From Stegostoma tigrinum (Eukaryota), in assembly GCF_030684315.1 (NCBI RefSeq), contig NC_081358.1, positions 20,774,810-20,838,809 of the forward strand: a DNA stretch of 64,000 nucleotides, written 5' to 3'. Made by a program: the position numbers and the translations under genes. Below, one piece after another: positions 13,669-25,163 of the stretch. Every line of letters starts with the position of its first letter. Within the stretch, counting starts at the first letter, position 1. Below the pieces are notes generated by a model. That model was given only the letters and a program-made list of their open reading frames with translations, was not told the origin of the DNA and did no database searches.

Positions 13669-13700
13669 CTGACGTTTCGGGCCTAGACCCTTCATCAGAG
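13669..13700 (-). ncRNA. Minimal type I hammerhead ribozyme motif in PLE tail
   Basis: CTGATGA-A-GGGTCTAGGCCC-GAAA-C-GTC^AG: full catalytic core, extra A after A9, and a loopless palindromic stem III (ACGT). Stem I is only ~2 bp. Confidence 0.8.
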
Positions 13701-13923
13701 AGGGGGATGGGGAGAGGGAACTGGAATAAATAGGGAGAGAGGGGGAGGCGGACCGAAGATGGAGAGTAAAGAAGATAGGTGGAGAGGAGAGTAGGTGGGG
13801 AGGTAGGGAGGGGATAGGTCAGTCCAGGGAAGACGGACAGGTCAAGGAGGTGGGATGAGGTTAGTAGGTAGATGGGGGTGCGGCTTGGGGTGGGAGGAAG
13901 GGATGGGTGAGAGGAAGAACCGG

Positions 13924-15846
13924 TTAGGGAGGCAGAGACAGGTTGGACTGGTTTTGGGATGCAGTGGGTGGGGGGGAAGAGCTGGGCTGGTTGTGTGGTG
14001 CAGTTGGTGGAGGGGACGAACTGGGCTGGTTTAGGGATGCAGTGGGGGAAGGGGAGATTTTGAAGCTGGTGAAGTCCACATTGATACCATTGGGCTGCAG
14101 GGTTCCCAAGCGGAATACGAGTTGCTGTTCCTGCAACCTTCGGGTGGCATCATTGTGGCACTGCAGGAGGCCCATGATGGACATGTCATCTAAAGAAAGG
14201 GAGGGGGAGTCGAAATGGTTTGCGACTGGGAGGTGCAGTTGTTTGTTGCGAACTGAGCGGAGGTGTTCTGCAAAGCGGTCCCCAAGCCTCCGCTTGGTTT
14301 CCCCAATGTAGAGGATGCCGAACCGGGTACAGTGGATGCAGTATACCACATTGGCAGATGTGCAGGTGAACCTCTGCTTAATGTGGAATGTCATCTTGGG
14401 GCCTGGGATGGGGGTGAGGGAGGAGGTGTGGGGACAGGTGTAGCATTTCCTGCGGTTGCAGGGGAAGGTGCCGGGTGTGGTGGGGTTGGAGGGCAGTGTG
14501 GAGCGAACAAGGGAGTCACGGAGAGAGTGGTCTCTCCGGAAAGCTGACAGGGGAGGGGATGGAAAAATGTCTTGGGTGGTGGGGTCGGATTGTAAATGGC
14601 GGAAGTGTCGGAGGATAATGCGTTGTATTCGGAGGTTGGTAGGGTGGTGTGTGAGAACGAGGGGGATCCTCTTGGAGCGGTTGTGGCGGGGGCGGGGTGT
14701 GAGGGATGTGTTGCGGGAAATACGGGAGACGCGGTCAAGGGCGTTCTCGATCACTGTGGGGGGAAAGTTGCGGTCCTTGAAGAACTTGGACATCTGGGAT
14801 GTGCGGGAGTGGAATGTCTTATCGTGGGAGCAGATGCGGCGGAGGCGGAGGAATTGGGAATAGGGGATGGAATTTTTGCAGGAAGGTGGGTGGGAGGAGG
14901 TGTATTCTAGGTAGCTGTGGGAGTCGGTGGGCTTGAAATGGACATCAGTTACAAGCTGGTTGCCTGAGATGGAGACTGAGAGGTCCAGGAAGGTGAGGGA
15001 TGTGCTGGAGATGGCCCAGGTGAACTGAAGGTTGGGGTGGAAGGTGTTGGTGAAGTGGATGAACTGTTCGAGCTCCTCTGGGGAGCAAGAGGCGGCGCCG
15101 ATACAGTCATCAATGTACCGGAGGAAGAGGTGGGGTTTGGGGCCTGTGTAGGTGCGGAAGGGGGACTGTTCCACGTAACCTACAAAGAGGCAGGCATAGC
15201 TGGGGCCCATGCGGGTGCCCATGGCCACCCCCTTAGTCTGTAGGAAGTGGGAGGAGTCAAAAGAGAAGTTGTTGAGTGTGAGGACGAGTTCAGCTAGGCG
15301 GATGAGAGTGTCGGTGGAGGGGGACTGGTCGGGCCTGCGGGATAGGAAGAAGCGGAGGGCCTTGAGGCCATCTCCATGCGGAATGCAGGTGTACAGGGAC
15401 TGGACGTCCATGGTGAACATGAGGTGTTGGGGGCCAAGGAATTGGAAGTCCTGGAGGAGGTGGAGGGTGTGGGTGGTGTCACGGACGTAGGTGGGGAGTT
15501 CCTGGACCAAAGGGGAGAAAATGGAGTCCAGATAGGTGGAGATGAGTTCGGTGGGGCAGGAGCAGGCTGAGACGATGGGTCGACCAGGGCAGGCAGGTTT
15601 GTGGATTTTGGGAAGGAGATAGAAACGGGCCGTGCGGGGTTGGGGAACAATGAAGTTGGAGCCTGTGGGTGGGAGGTCCCCTGTGATGATGAGGTCGTGT
15701 ATGGTGTTGGAGATGATGGTTTGGTGCTCGGGTGTGGGGTCATGATCGAGGAGGCGGTAGGAGGTGGTGTCGGAGAGTTGGCGTCTGGCCTCGGCGACGT
15801 AGAGGTCAGTGCGCCATACTACCACTGCGCCACCCTTGTCTGCGGG
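13924..15846 (-). CDS. 5'-truncated but uninterrupted PLE ORF: reverse transcriptase + Cys linker + GIY-YIG endonuclease
   Basis: PADKGG, YLLPKIHK, GRPIVS, DVQSLYT, GVAMGTRMGPSYA, RYIDD, CNRRKCYTC linker (Neptune-like) and VVYCIHC..LYIGET..RF.EH. The listed start codon is an artefact of the junction. Confidence 0.93.
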   Translation of the reverse strand, partial: PADKGGAVVVWRTDLYVAEARRQLSDTTSYRLLDHDPTPEHQTIISNTIHDLIITGDLPPTGSNFIVPQPRTARFYLLPKIHKPACPGRPIVSACSCPTELISTYLDSIFSPLVQELPTYVRDTTHTLHLLQDFQFLGPQHLMFTMDVQSLYTCIPHGDGLKALRFFLSRRPDQSPSTDTLIRLAELVLTLNNFSFDSSHFLQTKGVAMGTRMGPSYACLFVGYVEQSPFRTYTGPKPHLFLRYIDDCIGAASCSPEELEQFIHFTNTFHPNLQFTWAISSTSLTFLDLSVSISGNQLVTDVHFKPTDSHSYLEYTSSHPPSCKNSIPYSQFLRLRRICSHDKTFHSRTSQMSKFFKDRNFPPTVIENALDRVSRISRNTSLTPRPRHNRSKRIPLVLTHHPTNLRIQRIILRHFRHLQSDPTTQDIFPSPPLSAFRRDHSLRDSLVRSTLPSNPTTPGTFPCNRRKCYTCPHTSSLTPIPGPKMTFHIKQRFTCTSANVVYCIHCTRFGILYIGETKRRLGDRFAEHLRSVRNKQLHLPVANHFDSPSLSLDDMSIMGLLQCHNDATRRLQEQQLVFRLGTLQPNGINVDFTSFKISPSPTASLNQPSSSPPPTAPHNQPSSSPPPTASQNQSNLSLPP

Positions 15847-15864
15847 CACTGACCTCTACATCGC

Positions 15865-16931
15865 CTCTCAGTCTCCATCTCAGGCAACCAGCTTGTAACT
15901 GATGTCCATTTCAAGCCCACCGACTCCCACAGCTACCTAGAATACACCTCCTCCCACCCACCTTCCTGCAAAAATTCCATCCCCTATTCCCAATTCCTCC
16001 GCCTCCGCCGCATCTGCTCCCACGATAAGACATTCCACTCCCGCACATCCCAGATGTCCAAGTTCTTCAAGGACCGCAACTTTCCCCCCACAGTGATCGA
16101 GAACGCCCTTGACCGCGTCTCCCGTATTTCCCGCAACACATCCCTCACACCCCGCCCCCGCCACAACCGCTCCAAGAGGATCCCCCTCGTTCTCACACAC
16201 CACCCTACCAACCTCCGGATACAATGCATTATCCTCCGACACTTCCGCCATTTACAATCCGACCCCACCACCCAAGACATTTTTCCATCCCCTCCCCTGT
16301 CAGCTTTCCGGAGAGACCACTCTCTCCGTGACTCCCTTGTTCGCTCCACACTGCCCTCCAACCCCACCACACCCGGCACCTTCCCCTGCAACCGCAGGAA
16401 ATGCTACACCTGTCCCCCTGTCCCCACACCTCCTCCCTCACCCCCATCCCAGGCCCCAAGATGACATCCCACATTAAGCAGAGGTTCACCTGCACATCTG
16501 CCAATGTGGTACACTGCATCCACTGTACCCGGTGCGGCTTCCTCTACATTGGGGAAACCAAGCGGAGGCTTGGGGACCGCTTTGCAGAACACCTCCGCTC
16601 AGTTCGCAACAAACAACTGCACCTCCCAGTCGCAAACCATTTCCACTCCCCCTCCCATTCTCTAGATGACATGTCCATCATGGGCCTCCTGCAGTGCCAC
16701 AATGATGCCACCCGAAGGTTGCAGGAACAGCAACTCATATTCCGCCTGGGAACCCTGCAGCCATATGGTATCAATGTGGACTTCACCAGTTTCAAAATCT
16801 CCCCTTCCCCTACTGCATCCCTAAACCAGCCCAGTTCGTCCCCTCCCCCCACTGCACCACACAACCAGCCCAGCTCTTCCCCCCCACCCACTGCATCCCA
16901 AAACCAGTCCAACCTGTCTCTGCCTCCCTAA
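15865..16931 (+). pseudogene. Inverted partial PLE ORF copy (RT thumb + GIY-YIG), frameshifted
   Basis: Reverse complement of ~13924-14982. An 8-bp tandem duplication CTGTCCCC near 16410-16425 shifts the frame. Confidence 0.92.
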
Positions 16932-17153
16932 CCGGTTCTTCCTCTCACCCATCCCTTCCTCCCACCCCAAGCCGCACCCCCAGCTACCTACTAACCTCAT
17001 CCCACCTCCTTGACCTGTCCGTCTTCCCTGGACTGACCTATCCCCTCCCTACCTCCCCACCTACACTCTCTCCACCTATCTTCTTTACTCTCCATCTTCG
17101 GTCCGCCTCCCCCTCTCTCCCTATTTATTCCAGTTCCCTCTCCCCATCCCCCT

Positions 17154-17185
17154 CTCTGATGAAGGGTCTAGGCCCGAAACGTCAG
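17154..17185 (+). ncRNA. Minimal type I hammerhead ribozyme motif in PLE tail
   Basis: Same motif, CTGATGAAGGGTCTAGGCCCGAAACGTC^AG, with predicted cleavage after 17183. Confidence 0.8.
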
Positions 17186-19444
17186 CTTTTGTGCTCCTGA
17201 GATGCTGCTTGGCCTGCTGTGTTCATCCAGCCTCACATTTTATTATACTGTAATCCATTCCTGGTTAGTCTTCCCTAAACTACTGTATGTCAACTTAAGG
17301 CCATCAAAACTGCTGCCTGTGTTTTAATTCTCAGCAAGTCCCAATCCCCTGTCTCCTCTGGATTTGTTGACCTGTATTACTGGGTCCTTGTCAAAATATG
17401 TCTTTATTTTAAAGTCCACATTCTTGTTTAGAAATCCTCCAAGGCACCCTCTTCTATCTCTGTTATTTCCTCAGGTCCAAGAACACTCTTGAAATATCTA
17501 CTTTCATCCCATTCTGGACTTTGGAATATCTACAGTTTGAATTACTCAAAGATTGGTGGTTTTGCCTTCAGTTGTCTTTGCTCCAAGCTCTGGAAGACCG
17601 TCCTATGCATCAACACCTGTTGCTCCCTTAAGACACCTACTTGAGCCATCTTGCAGTAATCTGACCCAATATCATCTTCTGTGGCTTTGTTTTATAATGT
17701 TTATGCAATGTGTGTCGGGACGTTTCATTACATTAAGGGTACCATATAAATTTAAGTTGTTGCTGTTGTCGATTTAAACATTCACAGCTGAAGGTTAAAT
17801 CTTGAGTGAACAAGTTACTAACATCAAATGCCAAACTGCTATCAATAAACAACCAGATGCTTTAATTTTTAAAAACTGAAAAGATTTTTGGACTGGAATT
17901 CCTTGGATTCTGCTGATCTGCCATAAGGAAAGTGAGAGACTGGTAGAACATTGCCAGAGAATATTGCAACATGGGGCATGCTCGTACTTTGCCTTTTACA
18001 GAATTCTCTTTCTTGGCATGAAAATGGCAAAAATTCTAGTTCATCCTTCAAATGAAGTTAACACCAAGGCTTGACTAAAACATTCTGACTTTGCAAAGCA
18101 GATCCTATATATAGGGAGCTACTGGTATCAGGTAATAAAATAAGTTATATTTATGTCATTCATATGTCAATTGAAAAGATACAGGCAGAGGTTTCTAGTG
18201 TATTATAATAGTTAACATTTTTGAACTAAGATGAATCACCCTTAGCAGGTCAGAATTCTAACCTTGCTTTTAAAGGAAGGTAAGTACCTTTAGTCAAGCT
18301 TGTGTTATGACCGGATAAGGAGGGATTTAATGGTTTCCCTCTTTATCCACTCCTCATTTGAGCACAACAGGTTTTTTACCAAGGAGTGAGTACAAAAGTC
18401 ACACAGCCAAGTTTTCTTGAGCTTTAAATGGATGTTTTTTTTTAAATTGTATTTAATCTGGTCTAAGACAAACAATAAATAAAACTCAAGTTTTTTTCAC
18501 ACAGATAAAATTGATTCACACTCACTCCTGCCAAAGTGGTTTAAAGATATAGAGGAGCAACTTATCTGCTCTTTTGAAAAAAGCATCTGCTGGTGCTGAG
18601 TTCTTTTCAAAAACTGGGTGGAACTGCAGTTGGTTCCATTCTTGTCTAGTCTGTCAAAGCCAGAGAAGAACTTGCAATGCTTCTATTTCTATTATTCCCT
18701 ACTATCATCTCAGTTTGTAGAATTTCCCAGCCACCAGCTGGTGGATTGAGAATCAATGGCTCCAGTTAAATAGCAGGAGGGTGCATTGGGATGGGTCCTT
18801 GACACAGCCCTGGCCCAGTGATGCCTTCCCACCTATTGATGACAAGGTCGATTGGCTGACTACAGCTATTTTGCATCATTAAAGGCCCAACTAAAGGCCA
18901 GTTCTTAGAGCCACCAGTACTTTTCCATCTGTGAGATGTCATTGAGCTAGTGTCCCTGCCTTAATTTGGATAGCACTAAATGGGGTCAGCAGCATCAGGA
19001 GCCTGCCTGCCTGCTGTCTTTATTTGAACAGTGAGCAATTAAGTAGGCACTTAGGAAACTGCTACAGTAAAATGACACACTTGGTCCTGCTGATATCAGA
19101 GGTGGCCTTGGAACTTATTTTTCTCCCCCAGCGTGAGGATCCCAAAGCTCAGCAAAATTCAGCTCAAGATCGCTACACCGCTAAACTTATTTGCCTTTAG
19201 CTTTTTCCAGACAGTAGTAGGGGATGTCAGCAACATTAATCAACCTACAGTTGACAACTGTATTAAGAAGGAGGCTGATCCATGTTCAACACAATGTCTA
19301 TGAACAACTGGATCTCCAGGGGTAATACAGTACTTGAGTTCATATCTGTTTTAACTGAACACATTGCCAAGCTGGCTTTCTGGGTGAATATGGGCTGACA
19401 AAAATCACAAGATCCTGTCCTCCTGAGAGGTACTTGCTGTTGTT

Positions 19445-19845
19445 CTTTGGTGTCAGCTTTGCCGTTGAATTAGAAGGTTGTTAGGAAGTTCCATTTTAAA
19501 TGCTTGAGCACAAAATTTAGGGTGATCTGCCTGTGAGAAAATATTGCATTGACATACCTTATATCTTTTGGATGAGGTATTAAATCAAGGCTCTTCCTAC
19601 CTTCACTGTTGGGTTTAAATGATCCTTTATTACTTTGAGGAAGAGAAGCACTTTCTTTTTCCTCCCAGTGCTCAGAAATAATAACTGATTACATGGCCTT
19701 TGTCAATGTGGGACTTTGCTGCATCAAAAATAGCTGCCACATTTCCCACATTGCAACAGTGACTACACATTAAATGTACTTAATTGACTCTAAAGTCTTC
19801 TGTGGTACATTGAAGGAAAAAGGGTGCTATATAAAACCAACCTCT
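19445..19845 (+). mobile_element. DeuSINE (SacSINE1/AmnSINE1-like)
   Basis: Deu-domain-like TTTTGGATGAGGTATTAAATCAAGG and tail GCTGCCACATTTCCCACATTGCAACAGTGACTACAC...GCTATATAAA. Confidence 0.75.
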
Positions 19846-19884
19846 TTCATGTCTCTCAAAATCCATTCTTTCTTGCTATTTCAG

Positions 19885-19947
19885 GTTGCAAACTTTGTCC
19901 AGACTCTTCCTGGTTGCAAAGAACAGGCAAAGACCTTTAAGGAAGAG
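19885..19947 (+). CDS. L3MBTL4: L3MBTL4-type gene, penultimate coding exon (SAM domain, 63 nt)
   Basis: tttcag|GTTGCA acceptor and GAG|gtaaga donor, phase 0-0. Encodes VANFVQTLPGCKEQAKTFKEE, in frame with both neighbouring exons. Confidence 0.93.
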
Positions 19948-20160
19948 GTAAGAAACAAAGTAACCATATCTCTTGGAATGTCGCTGAATACAAATTCCCT
20001 GACAGCTATTGGATCAGAATATGTTGCATTGAGCAGGCATAGGTATTGTAGCATGCTGAAGTAAAGTTTCAGCATAGGCCAGAATGATACCCTTTCATTT
20101 GACTTTTTCATGCAAAGAATTAGTTGTAAAAACTGTGTAAACCTTATAACCACAAGACAT

Positions 20161-20928
20161 ACATAGAACATAGAATAATACATCGCAGAACAGGCCCTTC
20201 AGCCCTCGATGTTGCGCCGACCTGTGACCTAATCTAAGCCCCTCCCCTGACACCATCCCATCATTATCCATCTGCTTATCCAAGGAATGTTTAAATGCCC
20301 CTAATGTAATTACATTGGCAGGCGGGGCGTTCCATGCCCTTACCACTCTCTGAGTAAAGAACCTGCCTCTGACATCTGTCTTAAATCTATCACCCCTCAA
20401 TTTGTAGCTATGCCCCCTTGTACAAGCTGAAGTCATCATCCTCAGAAAAAGACTCTCACTGTCCACCCTATCTAATCCTCTGATCATCTTGTATGTTTCT
20501 ATTAAATCCCCTCCTAGCCTCCTTCTCTCCACTGAGAACATACCCAAGTCCCTCAGCCTTTCTTCATAGGGCCTGTGCTCCAGACCAGGCAACATCCTGG
20601 TAAATCTCCTCTGCACCTTCTCCAATGCTTCCATATCCTTCCTATAATGGGGCGACCAGAACTGCACGCAATATTCCAAATGAGGCCGCACTGGCGTTTT
20701 GTACAATTGCAGCATGACATCACGGCTCCGGTACTCAATCCCTCTACCAATAAAACCTAACACACCGTAAGCCTTCTTAACAGCACTATCAACCTGGGTG
20801 GCAACTTTCAGGGATCTATGTACGTGGACACCAAGATCCCTCTGCACATCCATACTACCAAGAATCTTTCCATTGACCTGGTATTCTGCCTTCCTATTAC
20901 TCCTCCCAAAGTGAATCACCTCACATTT
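20161..20928 (-). mobile_element. Young CR1 LINE 3' part, frame open
   Basis: [38 protein letters not shown], with an ACATAGA-type tail repeat. Confidence 0.93.
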
Positions 20929-21642
20929 AACATAGAACAAACATAGAACATTACAGCACAGTACAGGCCCTTTGGCCCTCGTTGTTGTGTCGACCTGTCA
21001 TACCGATCTCAAGCCCATCTAACCTACACTATTCCATGTACGTCCATATGCTTGTGCAATGACAACTTAAATGTACCTAAAGTTGGCGAATCTACTACCG
21101 TTGCAGGCAAAGCGTTCCATTCCCTTACTACTCTCTGAGTAAAGAAACTACCTCTGACATCTGTCCTATATCTTTCACCCCTCAATTTAAAGCTATGCCC
21201 CCTCGTGCTCGCCATCACCATCCTAGGAAAAAGGCTCTCCCTAGCCAACCTATCTAACCCTCTGATTATTTTATATGTTTCAATTAAGTCACCTCTCAAC
21301 CTTCTTCTCTCTAATGAAAACAGCCTCAAGTCCCTCAGCCTTTCCTCGTAGACCTTCCCTCCATACCAGGCAACATCCTAGTAAATCTCCTCTGCACCCT
21401 TTCCAAAGCTTCCACATCCTTCTTATAATGCGGTGACCAGAACTGTACACAATACTCCAAGTGCGGCCGCACCAGAGTTTGGTACAGCTTCACCATAATC
21501 TCTTAGTTCCGGAACTCGATCCCTCTATTAATAAAAGCTAAAACACTGTATGCCTTCTTAACAGCCCTGTCAACCTGGGTGGCAACTTTCAAGGATCTGT
21601 GTACATGGACACCGACTTTCAAGGATCTGTGTATGTGGACAC
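20929..21642 (-). mobile_element. Second young CR1 LINE 3' part
   Basis: LFSLERRRLRGDLIETYKI..FFTQRVVREWNALP. 28-bp tandem duplication at its 5' end. Confidence 0.92.
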
Positions 21643-22227
21643 ATAACAGCAGAATTAAGCCATTCAGCTCATCAAGTCTGCTGTGCCATTCAATCTTCTG
21701 CCTTTGTCCTATAACTCTTCATCCCCTTACAAATCAAGAAACTATCTAACTATGTCTTACGTACACTCTATGATCTGGCCTCCACAGCCCTATTGATAAT
21801 GTGATCCACAGATTAATCACCCCTGGCTGAAGATTTCCTCTTTATCTCAGTTCTGAAGAGTCGCCCCATCTTCTCCATGTTCCATCTGTCTCAGTATTCA
21901 ATATATTCAGTCAGGTCCCCCCACATCCTTCTAAATTCCATCAAGTACCGATCCAGAGTCCTCAACTGCTCCTCTTGGGAAAAGCCCTTCATCCCGGAAT
22001 CATTTTTGTAAACCTCCTCTGGCATCCCTCCAAGGCCATCACATCCTTTCTTAGACACAAGGCCCAAAACTCCTCACAATATTCCAAATATGGTTTGACC
22101 AGAGCCTGACACAGCTTCAGCAGTACCTCTCTGCTGTTATATTCTTTTGAAATGAATGCTAATATTGTATTTGCCTTCCTATCTGCCATCTGAACCTACA
22201 TGTTAACCTTAAGAGAATCTTGTACTA

Positions 22228-22548
22228 GGGCAGCATTGTGGCTCAATCCTGAGCACTGCTGCCACGCAGCGCCAGGGACCCAGGTTTGATTCCTGCCTCG
22301 GGCGACTGTCTATATAGAGTTTACACATTCTCCCCATGTCTGTGTGGGTTTCCCATGGGTGCTCCGGTTTCCTCCCACAGCCCAAAGGTGTTCAGTTTAG
22401 GTGGAATGGCCATACTAAATTGCCCACAGTATTTAGGGATATGTAGATTAGGTGGGTTAAAGGGGTTTGGGTGTTGGGGGGGATGCTCTGAGGGGCGGTG
22501 TGGATTTGTTGGGCTGAAAGGCCTGTTTCCTCCTGTAGGGATTCTATG
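22228..22548 (+). mobile_element. HE1-like V-SINE
   Basis: tRNA-derived head (A/B boxes), V-domain GGGTGCTCCGGTTTCCTCCCACAG and CR1-like tail. Confidence 0.88.
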
Positions 22549-22874
22549 ATGAATCTCAAGTCCCTTTGTGTTTAAGATTTCCAAACCCTTTCCATGTTTT
22601 GAAAATAGTCTACACCTGTAACTTTCCTGCCAAAGTTCATAATCTGAAATCTTCTCGCGTTATATTCTACCTGCAACTTCTTTGCCTACTGTCCTAACCT
22701 GTCCAAGACCTTCTGCATTCTCCCTGCTTCCTCAATGCTACCTGTCCCTCTACCTATCTTTGTGTCATCTGCAAATTTAGCAATACTGCCCGCAATTCCT
22801 TCATCCAGATCATTATCATATAACATGAATAATTTTTGTCCCAACACAATGCCCTAGAGAACTCAATTAGTCAT

Positions 22875-23098
22875 CCTATCCCCTCCCCACCTCCCAACCT
22901 ATACTCTCCTCTCTACCTAATTTCTCCTCTATCCATCTTCGGTCCGTCTCCCCCTCTCCCCATTCCCCTCTCTGATGAAGGGTCTAGGCCCGAAAGGTCA
23001 GCTTTTGTGCTCCTGAGATGCTGCTTGGCCTGCTGTGTTCATCCAGCTTCACACTTTGTGGTCTTGGATTCTCCAGCATCTGCAGTTCGCATTATCTC
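22875..23098 (+). mobile_element. 5'-truncated Neptune tail with mutated hammerhead, inside a CR1
   Basis: C-rich UTR followed by CTGATGAAGGGTCTAGGCCCGAAAGGTC. TSD TAGTCAT at 22868-22874 and 23099-23105. Confidence 0.9.
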
Positions 23099-25087
23099 TA
23101 GTCATTGAAAAGACCCCTTTATCTCTACTGTCTTCTTCCAGTCGGCCAATCCTCTATCCATGCCCCTAACACCATGGGCTGTTATCTTATTTAATAGCCT
23201 CCTGGGTGGCACCTTGTCAAAGGCCTTCTGGAAATCCAAATAGATCACGTCCACTGGCTGTCCTTTGTCTAGCTAGCTGTTTACCTTATCAAAAATTCTA
23301 ACAGATTTGTCAGACATGACCTCTCCTTGACAAAGCCATGCTGACTTAGCCAAATTTACCTTGCACTTCGAAGTATAATGGGAATGCAAATCTTACCAAT
23401 GATGGAGGTCGGGCTAACCAGCCGATAGCTTTCAGTTTTCAGCCTCCCTCCCTTCTTAAACAGGGCCGATACATAAGCCATTTTCCATTTCTTTGGGACC
23501 CTTGCTGACTCCTGAAAGATCAGGAAGTAAAATAAAATCTTTTTAACATGTAACTGTTTTTCTAATTGAACCTTCATTTAAAGCGTTGTTTGCAATTTGT
23601 AATCAAATCACATCACATTCACTACAGTGCTAAGAAGCTTAAACTGGTGGAAACACCACTTGGAAATCTAAACATAAAGGAATTTAAAAAGTTCTCAGCT
23701 ATGCAAAAATATAAATGTATGATTACATAATGCAGAAAATCTCTGATATTTAGTTAAGAAATGGAAAGATAGATTTTCCAAATCACCACACGCAGCAATT
23801 ATTGAATCCCACAAGTAAGTATCAGAAAATTAGGCAGCATTTGATACTTTGTCAAAGTGACCTTCAGTTACCTGGCTTATATCCGGTTGGGATAACAACA
23901 GTCTGCTTCATAAGCACAAGCTTGGACTTGGACGTCCATCTTCCAAGATGGACTTTCTGAGTCAGTTTACTTTGAGTTGTCGTGATGCATGTGTCATACT
24001 TGTATGCAAATTATTCAGAATTTATTAACAGCGGTTTAATGCACTCAGGAAGAAAATATGGAAGCTTTGGGAAAGAAAGCAGTGAGGCAGAACTGAAATG
24101 AGTAGGAGGAAATGTATTAACATACGAATGCCTTGTGCAATCAGATCATTGGAAGTAAATTACGCCAGTAAATTTGCCAGTAAACCACTGCATATGTGGT
24201 TTTTGTCCATTATGGTTTATGGCACTGGACATGACAATGGATTAGGAAATTGTCAAACTAAAATACACTTACCAAATACCAGAAGTTAAGGTTGTTTTAT
24301 GCCCAAAATTTCACATTTTAAAACAATTTTCTTCTTCCAAAATGTAACTATGTTGTGATTCATGCCTATCAGTTATGATAACTAACATTATATTCACTAG
24401 AACATGATATCGAAGTAACAATCATTCTGTATCCCATTAAAAATACTAAAGGCACCCTCAGTGTCCAATTAATTTCACCTCCCACCTTAGAAGGCAGGCT
24501 GGCATCAGGCCGATTGTCCACCAGTGATTGGGCACTCCAGATTTACTCCTATTAGAATTCTGTAATAGATGGTCAATATATTCTGCAAAATTGTTGCACA
24601 AAGGGTAGTGTTAATAGTTATTTCAAGTGAATCACTTGGAAAGCTTTTATTTTCTTGGACAGAACAGAAAATGAGTCATGTTGAGTTATCAGGCTCGCAT
24701 CTGTGCCTATTTGTTATAGCCATGTTGTGATGTAGTCTGCAAAACCAAATTACTTCACTGTGTTTAAGCAGCCATAGAGATTAGGAACAGCTCCAAATTC
24801 AATCTATGGTCTTTAATGAACATACTTAAGACCATGGTAGAAGTGTTAGAGTTAGTTTCAGCACAATGAAAAGATATTAGCCTTGATTACCATTCCTTGT
24901 TGTGAGATAGTTGCTGAATGGCCTCAGGGATCAAGTAAGTTCCATTTCTGACTGGAAGGGTGCACATATGAAATGATCCCCATTTAAGCAACATACTGAA
25001 GACCACACACAACTACTGTAACTGCACCCTTCCATGGAGTCACTGCCTGTATAAAAGTAAATAAAAACTGCAGACAAAACAAAAATC

Positions 25088-25163
25088 TTTTCTGATGAAG
25101 GGTCTGGGCCCGAAACGTCAGCTTTTGTGCTCCTAGGATGCTGCTTGGCCTGCTGTGTTATCT
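25088..25163 (+). mobile_element. 76-bp hammerhead mini-insertion
   Basis: Intact core starting at 25092. Candidate TSD AAAAATC at 25081-25087 and 25164-25170. Confidence 0.85.

Larger units (their letters stand above)
13570..17245. mobile_element. Penelope-like retroelement (Neptune-type), single inverted two-armed insertion
   Basis: Left arm 13570-15846 on minus and right arm ~15865-17245 on plus, both ending in the same hammerhead-bearing 3' tail. TSD TACTGTAATCC at 13559-13569 and 17246-17256. Splits an old L2 LINE. Confidence 0.95.
13330..17770 (+). mobile_element. Old L2 LINE 3' fragment, split by the Neptune insertion (13330-13569 and 17257-17770)
   Basis: HYAFITSRHNYCN|PFLVSLP corresponds to the L2 motif HAFVTSRLDYCNSLL.GLP, continuing across the TSD. 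L2-like tail near 17740-17770. Confidence 0.75.
21643..23525 (-). mobile_element. Older CR1 LINE hosting a SINE and a PLE tail
   Basis: Decayed RT motifs LFKKGGR..ESYRLVSPTS and ALVKPYLEYCEEFW. Confidence 0.85.

Noticed and set aside
13943-16912. Many 60-135 aa ORFs overlapping the Penelope element in other frames
   Set aside because: They are shadow frames of GC-rich, strand-biased RT/endonuclease sequence, mirrored by the inversion.
13570-17245. DNA transposon with long terminal inverted repeats
   Set aside because: It encodes RT + GIY-YIG rather than a transposase, and the arms have unequal ends.
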